This document shows positions 1 to 8,464 of a stretch of 64,000 nucleotides of DNA, in pieces. This stretch comes from a virus: the IMG/VR virus record IMGVR_UViG_3300032116_000025; one strand, 5' to 3'. The notes beneath the pieces were generated by a model that did no database searches, was not told where the DNA came from, and worked only from the letters and a program-made list of their open reading frames with translations. Both the position numbers and the translations under genes were made by a program. The stretch's first letter is position 1; the number at the start of each line of letters is the position of its first letter.

Positions 1-2
1 GG

Positions 3-374
3 ACGAAGCGGCAGCTTATTCGCCGGCAACAAGAGCTTTATCCGGAAAAGACCGGGACTGACTACACACAGTTCTGGCTGGGGCGAGCTTGCTTTGCTGC
101 AATCTACGGAAAGGGAAAAGCCCTAGACGATGTTCAGCCCGGCCTCTTTGCCCTGCGTCGTGGGTCCATTATCGAAGAGACCGCACAAGCCTACGGCATC
201 CTTCCAATAGAGGCGTGCCTCTATTACGAAGCCGTCCTTGACCTGCTTGCTGCCAACGACATCAGTGTCTCTTTGTGGGAGGTCATGGACACAAAAGAGA
301 AACGCCATTACTGGGATACCGCGTGGGGTGGCAAAGGCGTTCGGGTAGAAGCGCCGCCTTGCATGTTTGGGTAG
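3..374 (+). CDS. hypothetical protein, 5'-truncated at the window edge
   Basis: Frame 3 is open from the window start to TAG at 372-374 (TKRQLIRRQQELYP...EAPPCMFG). Preferred over the antisense 123..308 ORF. Confidence 0.6.
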   Translation, partial: TKRQLIRRQQELYPEKTGTDYTQFWLGRACFAAIYGKGKALDDVQPGLFALRRGSIIEETAQAYGILPIEACLYYEAVLDLLAANDISVSLWEVMDTKEKRHYWDTAWGGKGVRVEAPPCMFG

Positions 375-383
375 AATGGCGGC

Positions 384-881
384 ATGGCTACTCGGAGCTT
401 CACTGATTTACACGCACCCAGGCACCTAGGGCTTGCGCAGTGGGATGAGTACGTAAAGCCGGTGCAGTACACGCAGTTCGTGGCCACCGCAGACCCCGTG
501 CCGCGGCCACAAACACTGCTGGACTTCTACCTGAACGGAGATCTTCGGCAGATTCTAAACGACGCAGATCTTCGTCCGGATCACTACACCGACAGGCAGA
601 GAGAGGTTCTTCGCCACCTCGTTTACGGCACCCAGGCGTCTAGCCCGGTTACCACCAAAGACAAGGACGACCTGTTCTATCAATGGACCCGGCAATCGGA
701 ACTCAGCTCAAAAAGCAAAGAGCTAGTGTCGGCAATCTCTGACGCCCGCCATCGGCAAGAGGCAACAGAGAACGAGGGCATCATCATGGACGATGGGCGG
801 TCGTTGGCAGAGCACCAACAGGGCCCTTCGTCTTCTCCGACTTTTGAGGGTCAAGACTTCGGGGACAAGATCATCATCTGA
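384..881 (+). CDS. hypothetical protein
   Basis: 165-aa ORF with no SD; TAGAAT lies 6 nt upstream of the ATG. Confidence 0.7.
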   Translation: MATRSFTDLHAPRHLGLAQWDEYVKPVQYTQFVATADPVPRPQTLLDFYLNGDLRQILNDADLRPDHYTDRQREVLRHLVYGTQASSPVTTKDKDDLFYQWTRQSELSSKSKELVSAISDARHRQEATENEGIIMDDGRSLAEHQQGPSSSPTFEGQDFGDKIII

Positions 882-899
882 AATACCCTTAAAAAACCT

Positions 900-907
900 C
901 CTATAAG
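900..907 (+). promoter_or_regulatory. CCTATAAG putative phage promoter core
   Basis: Recurrent intergenic octamer, here upstream of SD AGGAGG and the ATG at 946. Confidence 0.7.
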
Positions 908-945
908 TAGTTGAAGCCGGAACTAATGTTCTGGCTAGGAGGGGT

Positions 946-1314
946 ATGACAAAAGAAGAAAAGGAAGAGATCAAGTCGCTCCAGCGGCTGGTCTCCTCTC
1001 GTGATGAAGAGATCCGCCAACTCCGCAAGGAGTTGGCGGAGGCGGTACGTCCGCCCAGCCAGCTTGTGCTGTTGCGACGGCTCTCCCGGCTTAGCCCGGG
1101 AGAGCAAGCACAAATCACTGTGAACCGCGATCAGTATAATGCGCGGTATCAAGTGGTGTTCCAAGAGAACGACGTGCGATATGAGGGAGAGGCCAACGCG
1201 CTTACCGAAGCGCTGTCATTGGTAGTGATGGTGCTCCGTCAAGAAAAACAAAAGGAGCTGGAGGAGACAGAGAGGCAGCTCCAGCTCCTCCGCGAGGAGC
1301 TGGAGCAGTACTGA
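946..1314 (+). CDS. hypothetical coiled-coil protein
   Basis: 122 aa, strong SD (AGGAGG), E/K/R/L-rich heptad-like ends. Confidence 0.8.
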   Translation: MTKEEKEEIKSLQRLVSSRDEEIRQLRKELAEAVRPPSQLVLLRRLSRLSPGEQAQITVNRDQYNARYQVVFQENDVRYEGEANALTEALSLVVMVLRQEKQKELEETERQLQLLREELEQY

Positions 1315-1320
1315 TCTCAA

Positions 1321-1365
1321 GCCTGCTCCCCGCCGCAAGGCGGGTCGAGCGGGCTTTCTCTTGCC
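1321..1365 (+). terminator. bulged hairpin terminator + TTTCTCTTGCC
   Basis: GCCTGCTC-CCCGCC-GCAA-GGCGGG-[TC]-GAGCGGGC followed by a pyrimidine tract. Confidence 0.75.
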
Positions 1366-1384
1366 TAACTTTGCCCGTAAAGTC

Positions 1385-1392
1385 CCTATAAG
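1385..1392 (+). promoter_or_regulatory. CCTATAAG putative phage promoter core
   Basis: Recurrent octamer upstream of the 1437 gene. Confidence 0.7.
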
Positions 1393-1436
1393 CGTTTGAA
1401 GCGCGGACCTATTGACGCCGCGATTCAGGAGATAAC

Positions 1437-1787
1437 GTGGCGGTAAACGCGTGCTATCGGTGTGGGTGCTCACACGAACAGTGTGAGTGCCATCTGCGAC
1501 GCTCCTCCGGAGAGATCCTCTCTCCGGAGCAAACCGTGGAGGAAGCGGGGAAAGTCCTCGCTATGCTTCGTCGCTCCCGCCCGCCCTACCGGGTCGGGCA
1601 ATGGGTCGTGCTCGGAGGTAGTGCCCCCGAGCACCTTCGCGGGGCGGAAGGCCGAGTCTCGGCCGTTCGCTCTGACGGCTCAATTCTGATCAGGCAGCTC
1701 AACGAGACTCCGGTAGAAGTTGAGTCTGCGTGGATCGCCCGCACGGGCACCACGTGGGACAAACTGGCGAAGGCCAAGGAGTCATGA
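1437..1787 (+). CDS. hypothetical protein (N-terminal Cys/His cluster, possible SH3/KOW-like C-terminal barrel)
   Basis: GTG start with SD AGGAG; CYRCGC..H..CEC; YRVGQWVVL...GAEGRV pattern. Confidence 0.7.
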   Translation: MAVNACYRCGCSHEQCECHLRRSSGEILSPEQTVEEAGKVLAMLRRSRPPYRVGQWVVLGGSAPEHLRGAEGRVSAVRSDGSILIRQLNETPVEVESAWIARTGTTWDKLAKAKES

Positions 1788-1790
1788 GTC

Positions 1791-1838
1791 AGTTACCCCA
1801 CTCCCCTACCAAGGGGTCGAGTGGGGTAACTTTTTGCC
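1791..1838 (+). terminator. bulged hairpin terminator + TTTTTGCC
   Basis: AGTTACCCCACTC-CCCT-ACCA-AGGG-[GTC]-GAGTGGGGTAACT followed by a T tract. Confidence 0.8.
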
Positions 1839-1845
1839 AAAAACA

Positions 1846-1853
1846 CCTATAAG
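1846..1853 (+). promoter_or_regulatory. CCTATAAG putative phage promoter core
   Basis: Recurrent octamer; CCTATAAGAAGATAG is identical to the copy at 11769. Confidence 0.7.
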
Positions 1854-1892
1854 AAGATAGATCGGAAACGGTTGTTTCCGCAGGAGGACCAC

Positions 1893-2339
1893 ATGATCAA
1901 GAACGGTGCTGAAGACTTGAACGAGCAGATCAAGAACCTGAGCGAGCAGATCGACAAGCAGAAGCGTACCGAAAAGGCGACCGAGAAGTTCTTCGAAAGG
2001 CCGGAGGAGCTTCCGGTCCTCATGCCGGTGAGGCCGCAGTCGATGACCGTGAACGCGGTCATCGAGTCGATTCTCGCCAAGGGCCCGTTGCCCGAGAGTT
2101 CGTTCCGGCAGGTGGTGCTCCTGCTGGCAGGAGCGAACAAGGCGGCGGATTTGGAGATCTCGATGGCGGTCATGGACCGCATCGAGCGAACGCTTCCGGC
2201 GTTCGCCATGCTCATGCAGAAGCGCCTCTCCCCCGAGGAGGCGGAGATCCATGAACTGGAACTCCGGCTGCGCAAAGCGCAGCTACAGGTGCAGCTTGAC
2301 GATCTGGAAATCGTCAAGCACGCCAAGATCAAGGCGTGA
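1893..2339 (+). CDS. hypothetical coiled-coil protein
   Basis: The ATG at 1893 follows SD AGGAGG, so it is preferred over the TTG at 1872. Confidence 0.8.
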   Translation: MIKNGAEDLNEQIKNLSEQIDKQKRTEKATEKFFERPEELPVLMPVRPQSMTVNAVIESILAKGPLPESSFRQVVLLLAGANKAADLEISMAVMDRIERTLPAFAMLMQKRLSPEEAEIHELELRLRKAQLQVQLDDLEIVKHAKIKA

Positions 2340-2343
2340 CACT

Positions 2344-2389
2344 AGGTTGATCCGCCGCCCGCAAGGGCCTGGCGGATCAACTTTTTGCC
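2344..2389 (+). terminator. bulged hairpin terminator + TTTTTGCC
   Basis: AGGTTGATCCGCC-GCCC-GCAA-GGGC-[CT]-GGCGGATCAACTT; lies between convergent genes. Confidence 0.8.
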
Positions 2390-2451
2390 AGTAAAAAGTA
2401 AAGGAGGGCGCCCAGATCAGCAGCACGTCCGGGCGCCCCCCTCTACCTAGC

Positions 2452-5400
2452 TTAGAATGCCCGACCAGCGCCTTGGTACGCGGGTGCAGCAAGGGGGCGG
2501 GAGGTCTGAGACTCTTCCTGCGCCATCTGCGTCTGGTTTAGCATATGGCCTGCTCCTACCGCCAGCCCGCCAAGGCCCAACGCGGCAGCTCCACCGGCAA
2601 TCGGGATGGCATTACGGCGCAGGAACCCAGGCTGTTTGGGTGCTTCCGGAGCGGCTGGCTGGCCCGCGGGTGCTACCGGTGTAGCCGCTCCGGTAGCTGC
2701 TACGGGCGTAGCGGCGGGAGATGCAGCGGCTGGGGCAGGAGGAGGAGGCGGCGCCACTCCCGCTGACTGCTGCGGTGGTGGCGGCGGGGGCGGAGGTGGG
2801 GGCGGCGCAGCACGCTGCGGAGGTGGTGGGGGTGGAGGCACTGGGCGCGCTGCCGCTGCGGGCGGTGGCGGTGGAGCAACAACGCGCCCCGTCTGGTTCT
2901 CAAGAGAGAAGCCAGGGGGCAGGGCAGGCCCGGGGGTTACGGGCAGCTGAGCCCGCGCGGGCGCGGAACTCGCGCCGGAGGCACGAACTAGCTCAGACAA
3001 CTCTGGAACGCGACCAGCCTCTTGCGTAACCGCTTTTGACTCTAGGTTAGCCAGCAGCGACTCAACCTGTGGGGACATTTGTCCCGGATCAGGCTTGGGT
3101 AGTGACGACGGCGCTGGTCGAGGTGCTACTTGGGTTGCCTCGTTCCCAATAGCCTCTCGACGCATGCGATCTTGGGAGGCTCGTAGAGCTTCTGCCCTTC
3201 GAGTTTCCTTTGCCGCCGCGTCAGCTTGACCCTTTGCTAGAACCTCTGCTTGCGAAGGTTCAGCGGGGCGCGCAGCAGGCGTGGCGGGGGGCTTAGCTGC
3301 GGGCTTAGCGGCAGGCGCAGCAGCGGGCGTAGCAGCGGGCGTAGTGGCTGGAGCAGTCGCAGGCGAAGTCTTTGGCGCAGGCGGTGCTTTTTCCCAGCCT
3401 AGCGCTTGGCGAGCCTTGCGGACCTCAGCGGCTTCTGCCGCTCCGCGCCCAGAGACTTCCTTCTTAACTTCGTCGACAAGCTTCTTGTCTTCCGCCCTGG
3501 CTGCGGCTCGCGCTGCCTCAGCCTTATCCAGCTTGGCTTTGTACTCCGGGCTGCCCGTTACGGGGTTTTGCTCACGCTGTTTTGACCTTTGGGCGGCCTC
3601 AGACTCCCGCTGTGTCTTACGCGCTGCCGCGGCCTGTTCTTCCCGCTCAATGGCAGCACGCTCACGCGCCTGACGCTCAGCGGCCCTGGTTCCCGGCTTT
3701 ACGTCTGAGCGCCCAGCAAACTGTTGGTCTAGCTGGTCCTTACGCTGCTGAATGCGCGCCTGATCCTTTGCTGTCGCAGCCTCAAGCTTGTTGCGGTCTG
3801 CTGCGTCGGCCATTTCCCGCTTAAGTGTATCCCGCGCGGTGTCCTGAGCCTTTAGGCGAGCTACCTCTTTAGAGGCTGCCTCCGGACCCCGGACCTTTGC
3901 TCCCGCAAGCCCTTCTCCGCTCCTAAGCGCCTGTACCTCGGCGCCTAGTTGCTTAGCTTTTCCTGAAACAAAGTTTCGACCCTGACGGCCAAAGTGAATA
4001 GCATCGTCGGCAAACTCCCGCCCTACGTCTTTCAGGGCTCCCAGCGCCTGCCGGGCAATACCTTTGGCGATCTTTTCCTGCTCCTCATTGGTCATGTACT
4101 CCCAGTCGGGGTACATGATCTGAGCAACCTTGACCGCCTGCCGCATGGCCAAGGCAGCGTTTGCCTTCTTTTCCTTTGACTTGTACTTCATGTAGTCGTG
4201 GACGGCGTCAATCGCCTCCGACGCACGGTCAATCTTGCTCTCAACCCAAGGCTCCGCGTTGTCCCGAACGGATACAGCACCAGAGAGCCGCTTAGACTGA
4301 TCCGCAAGCCGCTTGAGGTTGCTGACCATCATGTAGCCGGGCGGGTCATTGTGCTCGGAAAGCACGGACTTTCTGGAGGCTGTCTTTGGGGCTTCCGCCG
4401 GAACATAGTCTTCCGGCTTTTTACCGCCGGGAAGAAGCCGGTCGATCCCGCGAGATACGGGCTTGATAACGCCCGGAGCAACAAGGGCTAGTCCGCCGAT
4501 CTCCTGAAGATGGTAATCCTTCATCTTCTTGCCAGCGCCGTGGATTGCGGCTCCCATGGCCTTAATCCTTGGATCGCTGGCGTGCTCCATCTTTTCGCCA
4601 GCAAACTGAGCGATAGACGGGGCCGCTAAAGCAGCAATACCAACGTCGTCTAGCCGATCAGCAATAAACTCGGCGCGCTCGCTGTCCTTAGCCGCCTTGA
4701 TGTTATCGCCTTGGATCGAGGCTGCAAAATCGGTAACCGGCGGGATGTCGTCCCCGACGCCATTCCGCTCACCGTTACGCTTTGCAGGCTGAACCAGCGA
4801 GGCAATCTTCAAAGAACCAAAATCGATGTCTTGACCGCTGCTGATGCGCGCAAGGTTCAGCTCAATGAAGGCGTCGAGTTGTGTTCCACCGACTTTGGCG
4901 GCCTGCCCCGAGCCGTATGCCGAGTTCTGCTTAGTCATGTACATTCCGGCTCCAACGCCGGCAAGACCAACGGTTGGGGTTACCCACCACGGCAGCTTAA
5001 ACCCACCGCCCTCAGCTGCCGCAGCGGCTGGTGCGCCTGCGGGCGCGGCCGCTGCTGGAGCTGCGCCTGCGGCAGCGGCTGGGGGAGGCGGAGGTACCGC
5101 TGCGCCCGGAACCGGGGGAGGAGCAGCAGCCGGCACTCGGCTGCCTCCTTCGTACTTGACGTGGCCTCCGGACATAAGCCGGTCGCCTGCCCGGGTGGCT
5201 TTTACGTCTTGAGTGATGTTAGACAGCTGCTGTGGCGTCAGGCTTGTGCCCTGTAGGCCGGCCTTGAACGACGCTGCGCTGCGGGCAGATCCTGCGGCTA
5301 GTGCGTCACCAGCAGCATGGGCTACGTTCTTAGTGCCCTGAACTGCCCGGCCAGCAAGGTTAGCCGTGCCTTGAACAGCCTGCTGACCTGCGCGCACTAC

Positions 5401-6885
5401 CCGTCCGAACATGTTTGCTGCAACGTTGGCAGCCTTTTCCTGCTCTTCAGGCGACATCCGGTCCCAGTCTGGGAACACCGCACGCGCCAGCTTTACGGCG
5501 TCACCGGCGTAGCGTGGAGTAACCGGCGTGTACGCAAGGCTGGCCTTCTTGTCCCGGTTTGCCAGGTACAAGCCCGTTCCGCCTGCTGCGAGTAAGCCTC
5601 CTCCTACTACAAGCGGCGCATAACCGCCGGATCCGGTTGCCGGGGCAGCAGCTGGAGTTGCGGCCGGGGCAGCCGCTGGTACCGCCGCTGCACCTTCGTT
5701 TTGAACGGCTTGCCGAACGACGTTTTCCCGCTGCGTCCTGCTGGCCTCTGCCGCTGCGTTAAGATTCTGCTCAAACGCCTTTTCAGCTGCACGCGCCTGA
5801 TTCTTAGCCTCTGCATCGATAACTGCGGCAGCTTGGGGAAAGCGACCGCTAGGGTCTGTTGCTGAGGGTCGAAGCGGGGGTGTGTAGCCCGTAGTAGGCG
5901 CAGGTTGAACCGGTGTCGCGGCAGGAGACACGCCCCGGGTTGGCGCGGGGATTGGTGCATGCCCTTGTCCGGCTAGATCTCGCCCACGAGCACGGTAGCC
6001 CTGCTGAATCGCGTCGTCTAGGTCCTTGCCACCACGAAGCCCCCCAACCACGTGCTCTATCGGGGCGCCGCGGCGGGTGCTCTGCGACAGCTCTCCTACA
6101 GCTTTGCGAGCGCCGGATACCCCACCCACTACGCGGCTGTTTGCGGCTTCGCGTGCCTGCTGGGCAATTGCGTTTGCAATGTCTGGCGTAACTTCGTGGC
6201 CAGCGGTGGCTAGGCGCTTGGTTAGCCCAGCGGCAACCCGCTTCTCAATATCGGCCGCAGAAATGGCCAGCTTGGTTACTTCTGCTTTCTTTGATCGCAT
6301 TGTAGGCTTGCCCTTCTCGGCCGGAGCACGCTCAGGGAGGTTCTTCATGTTGGGAGTCTCGTCTGCCCATTCCTTCGCCTTCTCTTTTGAGAAGCCAGGA
6401 ATATGGCCGCCGAATGCGGCGCGCTGCTGACGCTTGGACGTGAAGGGCATCTTATTCTCCGAAATCTTTTGGCCGTGGTTCTTCTTATCGAGAACCTTAC
6501 CCTTAAACTCTTCAACGCCCATCTCCCTCATCGAGCCGAAGAAGCGGGGGTCATTATAGTGAGCTAGGTAAGCCGCCTTAGCCGCTTTGGCGTCCTTAAA
6601 TCCGAGCATCACCTTCTGCTCGTCAAACCGCCTGAAGTCTGGCTTCTTCATCTGATCGACGATGAACACGGAGCTGGAGTCGGTATCCGGGCCGACGTAG
6701 ACATCGACGTGGTCGCCGTCAGTGCCCTCTGTGCGGCGGAAGTAGCCGTAGTCGTACTTCATCACCGTGGTGCCAGATTCTCCGCTGTGGGGATCCTTCC
6801 AATGGCGCGACGACCCTCGCGGGTTTTCGATAGAAATATCGAACCCGTAGAGCTTTACCCTCTTTTTTATCGGATGTGCGGCCAT
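2452..6885 (-). CDS. large polyvalent/virion cargo protein with N-terminal inorganic-pyrophosphatase-like (InPase) domain, Pro/Ala-rich linkers and Gly-rich hydrophobic helices
   Basis: ISIENPRGSxR...YGY...GTDGDHVDVYVG...DQ...FDEQKVMLGF is the InPase signature of polyvalent proteins; internal repeats; many KxA sites. Confidence 0.8.
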   Translation of the reverse strand: MAAHPIKKRVKLYGFDISIENPRGSSRHWKDPHSGESGTTVMKYDYGYFRRTEGTDGDHVDVYVGPDTDSSSVFIVDQMKKPDFRRFDEQKVMLGFKDAKAAKAAYLAHYNDPRFFGSMREMGVEEFKGKVLDKKNHGQKISENKMPFTSKRQQRAAFGGHIPGFSKEKAKEWADETPNMKNLPERAPAEKGKPTMRSKKAEVTKLAISAADIEKRVAAGLTKRLATAGHEVTPDIANAIAQQAREAANSRVVGGVSGARKAVGELSQSTRRGAPIEHVVGGLRGGKDLDDAIQQGYRARGRDLAGQGHAPIPAPTRGVSPAATPVQPAPTTGYTPPLRPSATDPSGRFPQAAAVIDAEAKNQARAAEKAFEQNLNAAAEASRTQRENVVRQAVQNEGAAAVPAAAPAATPAAAPATGSGGYAPLVVGGGLLAAGGTGLYLANRDKKASLAYTPVTPRYAGDAVKLARAVFPDWDRMSPEEQEKAANVAANMFGRVVRAGQQAVQGTANLAGRAVQGTKNVAHAAGDALAAGSARSAASFKAGLQGTSLTPQQLSNITQDVKATRAGDRLMSGGHVKYEGGSRVPAAAPPPVPGAAVPPPPPAAAAGAAPAAAAPAGAPAAAAAEGGGFKLPWWVTPTVGLAGVGAGMYMTKQNSAYGSGQAAKVGGTQLDAFIELNLARISSGQDIDFGSLKIASLVQPAKRNGERNGVGDDIPPVTDFAASIQGDNIKAAKDSERAEFIADRLDDVGIAALAAPSIAQFAGEKMEHASDPRIKAMGAAIHGAGKKMKDYHLQEIGGLALVAPGVIKPVSRGIDRLLPGGKKPEDYVPAEAPKTASRKSVLSEHNDPPGYMMVSNLKRLADQSKRLSGAVSVRDNAEPWVESKIDRASEAIDAVHDYMKYKSKEKKANAALAMRQAVKVAQIMYPDWEYMTNEEQEKIAKGIARQALGALKDVGREFADDAIHFGRQGRNFVSGKAKQLGAEVQALRSGEGLAGAKVRGPEAASKEVARLKAQDTARDTLKREMADAADRNKLEAATAKDQARIQQRKDQLDQQFAGRSDVKPGTRAAERQARERAAIEREEQAAAARKTQRESEAAQRSKQREQNPVTGSPEYKAKLDKAEAARAAARAEDKKLVDEVKKEVSGRGAAEAAEVRKARQALGWEKAPPAPKTSPATAPATTPAATPAAAPAAKPAAKPPATPAARPAEPSQAEVLAKGQADAAAKETRRAEALRASQDRMRREAIGNEATQVAPRPAPSSLPKPDPGQMSPQVESLLANLESKAVTQEAGRVPELSELVRASGASSAPARAQLPVTPGPALPPGFSLENQTGRVVAPPPPPAAAARPVPPPPPPPQRAAPPPPPPPPPPPQQSAGVAPPPPPAPAAASPAATPVAATGAATPVAPAGQPAAPEAPKQPGFLRRNAIPIAGGAAALGLGGLAVGAGHMLNQTQMAQEESQTSRPLAAPAYQGAGRAF

Positions 6886-6952
6886 GCCAATGCGGTGCCC
6901 AGCATAACACAGGCTTACGCCAAGCTAAAAGCCCAAGAAACCCGCTATTCCC

Positions 6953-6960
6953 CCTATAAG
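6953..6960 (+). promoter_or_regulatory. CCTATAAG putative phage promoter core
   Basis: Octamer 6 nt upstream of the ATG at 6967. Confidence 0.7.
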
Positions 6961-6966
6961 CTATTG

Positions 6967-7629
6967 ATGAGCACCAATGTCTCGCTCAACAGCGGTAACC
7001 CCGCCGGCGCGGAGCCGAACTCCGCGATTGCCTGCATTGCGGGCATTTTCGTGCAGGTCTACGGTATTGCCGCCTCGAAGTTCGAGACGGCGTGTGTCGG
7101 AACGCGGGTAGCGTTCCCGATGCAACAATTCGTCCAGGAGTTTGTCGCCCAGGCGGTGAACTCCTGGAAGGGCCCCGATCGGGCGCCCGGGCAGCACTTC
7201 ATCCAGCTGAAGCTGAACGAGTACATGCTGGGGAAGTTCCTTAGCGGGGTCGGGCGCCGGACGACAGACCCAAAGGAATACTTCCCCGCTCTGTGGAGGG
7301 GAGAAGTGGTTCTGCTCGGCCGGCGAAAGCTGGCCGAACCCACCACTGGAGTGGCAGTGATCGTGTACACCCGCGAGGCGTACCTCAACGATCCACAGAT
7401 CGACGAGGCGGGAAGGCGGTGGCTGGACCCGAGGACGACCCACGTCCTTGTGGACGTCCTCGCATTCTCGAACACGATCGGCTCCCCGCAGCTTAGCCCG
7501 CACCGCTTCGTGCGGAACATGGCTGGCGGCAACAATACCCAGCTCACGGCAAGCGCCGACGAGCTTCGAGCAGAGGCTCAACTCGTGGCCGCGTACGATG
7601 CGAGCTACGTCACGGTCGGCGACGACTGA
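6967..7629 (+). CDS. hypothetical protein
   Basis: Start moved from 6709, which overlaps the minus gene, to the ATG at 6967 just after the promoter motif; ends at a terminator. Confidence 0.75.
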   Translation: MSTNVSLNSGNPAGAEPNSAIACIAGIFVQVYGIAASKFETACVGTRVAFPMQQFVQEFVAQAVNSWKGPDRAPGQHFIQLKLNEYMLGKFLSGVGRRTTDPKEYFPALWRGEVVLLGRRKLAEPTTGVAVIVYTREAYLNDPQIDEAGRRWLDPRTTHVLVDVLAFSNTIGSPQLSPHRFVRNMAGGNNTQLTASADELRAEAQLVAAYDASYVTVGDD

Positions 7630-7635
7630 CCACAC

Positions 7636-7681
7636 CGCCCGCTCCCCGGCTTCGGCCGGGTTGAGCGGGCGTTCTCTTGCC
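7636..7681 (+). terminator. bulged hairpin terminator + TTCTCTTGCC
   Basis: CGCCCGCTC-CCCGGC-TTCG-GCCGGG-[TT]-GAGCGGGCG. Confidence 0.8.
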
Positions 7682-7700
7682 TAGTAATACCGCGTTTTCC

Positions 7701-7708
7701 CCTATAAG
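7701..7708 (+). promoter_or_regulatory. CCTATAAG putative phage promoter core
   Basis: Upstream of SD GGAGG and the ATG at 7724. Confidence 0.7.
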
Positions 7709-7723
7709 CATGTGGAGGAAACT

Positions 7724-7864
7724 ATGCGACGAAACCGACGATTGGCTGACCTGGCGCGTGAGCGTCAGGCAGCGGAAGTTCGTGAGGAGGTCAAGCAAAT
7801 CGCGCTTGGCCTCCTCGCGCTCGTAGGGCTGCTGGCCACATCGTGGCTAGCGGCGTTTATCTGA
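7724..7864 (+). CDS. small membrane protein (46 aa, not in ORF track)
   Basis: MRRNRRLADLARERQAAEVREEVKQIALGLLALVGLLATSWLAAFI; has its own promoter motif, SD and terminator. Confidence 0.75.
   Translation: MRRNRRLADLARERQAAEVREEVKQIALGLLALVGLLATSWLAAFI
7741..7771 (+). repeat. 31-bp exact direct repeat, copy 1 (copy 2 at 8868-8898)
   Basis: ATTGGCTGACCTGGCGCGTGAGCGTCAGGCA occurs twice. Confidence 0.9.
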
Positions 7865-7902
7865 AAGATGGGGAGCCTAACAGGCTCCCCATCTTTTTTG
7901 CT
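7864..7902 (+). terminator. perfect hairpin terminator + TTTTGCT
   Basis: AAAGATGGGGAGCCT-AAC-AGGCTCCCCATCTTT. Confidence 0.85.
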
Positions 7903-7938
7903 TTGCTATCTGTATCCAGACCTAGGTAAACCAAACGT

Positions 7939-8133
7939 ATGAGTCGTTCAGAACGCGAGCGGTCCCTTCTTCGTCGGCTACTTGCTATTGCTGTTCACCG
8001 GCTTGGTGGGGAAATGCGGGTCACCAAAGAAGAGGTCTTTACCGGCACTTGGGAGCTGGGGATGGACCACGCAACTCTCCCAACAGTGGTTACCGGATTT
8101 CGTGTAGCTTCTAAAGATCGTGATACTCTGTAG
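7939..8133 (+). CDS. hypothetical protein
   Basis: 64-aa ORF, no clear SD. Confidence 0.55.
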   Translation: MSRSERERSLLRRLLAIAVHRLGGEMRVTKEEVFTGTWELGMDHATLPTVVTGFRVASKDRDTL

Positions 8134-8230
8134 ATAGGCCGGTGAGCAGTTTCTGCTGCTTCCTGCTCTTTACCGACCCCGAAGCAGAGCAGCGTCAGGG
8201 GAAAGACGGCCACCCTTTAGGAGCGCACCT

Positions 8231-8419
8231 GTGAACGTCACACGCACCGTCTGGTACATCAGCTCAGACGAAACGGGAAAGCTGGGCCCGTTTTCTACTC
8301 AAGAGCAAGCCTACAGCGCGATCCGCAAAGATCTTTACGCAAGCACAGATCTAGCAAAGCGCCCATCTAACGTAGTCTTGTGGCCCGAGTACGTATCGAG
8401 CGCAGACCCAAAGGGATGA
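8231..8419 (+). CDS. hypothetical protein
   Basis: 62 aa, GTG start after SD AGGAG. Confidence 0.65.
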   Translation: MNVTRTVWYISSDETGKLGPFSTQEQAYSAIRKDLYASTDLAKRPSNVVLWPEYVSSADPKG

Positions 8420-8436
8420 AATAGCGCTCCTTTTTG

Positions 8437-8444
8437 CCTATCAG
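8437..8444 (+). promoter_or_regulatory. CCTATCAG variant promoter core
   Basis: One-base variant of the recurrent octamer, upstream of the 8465 gene. Confidence 0.6.
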
Positions 8445-8464
8445 TAGGTAGAAAGGAACGCAAA

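Noticed and set aside
2457-6430. Many plus-strand ORFs antisense to the giant gene, and similar ones opposite other long genes
   Set aside because: Expected shadow frames in GC-rich coding DNA; no SD or recognisable motifs.
6709-6966. N-terminal extension of the 6709..7629 ORF
   Set aside because: It overlaps the start of the divergent giant gene and spans the promoter motif; the ATG at 6967 is more plausible.
8142-8234. Possible 30-aa ORF or hairpin between the 7939 and 8231 genes
   Set aside because: Weak SD and ambiguous fold; not enough support.
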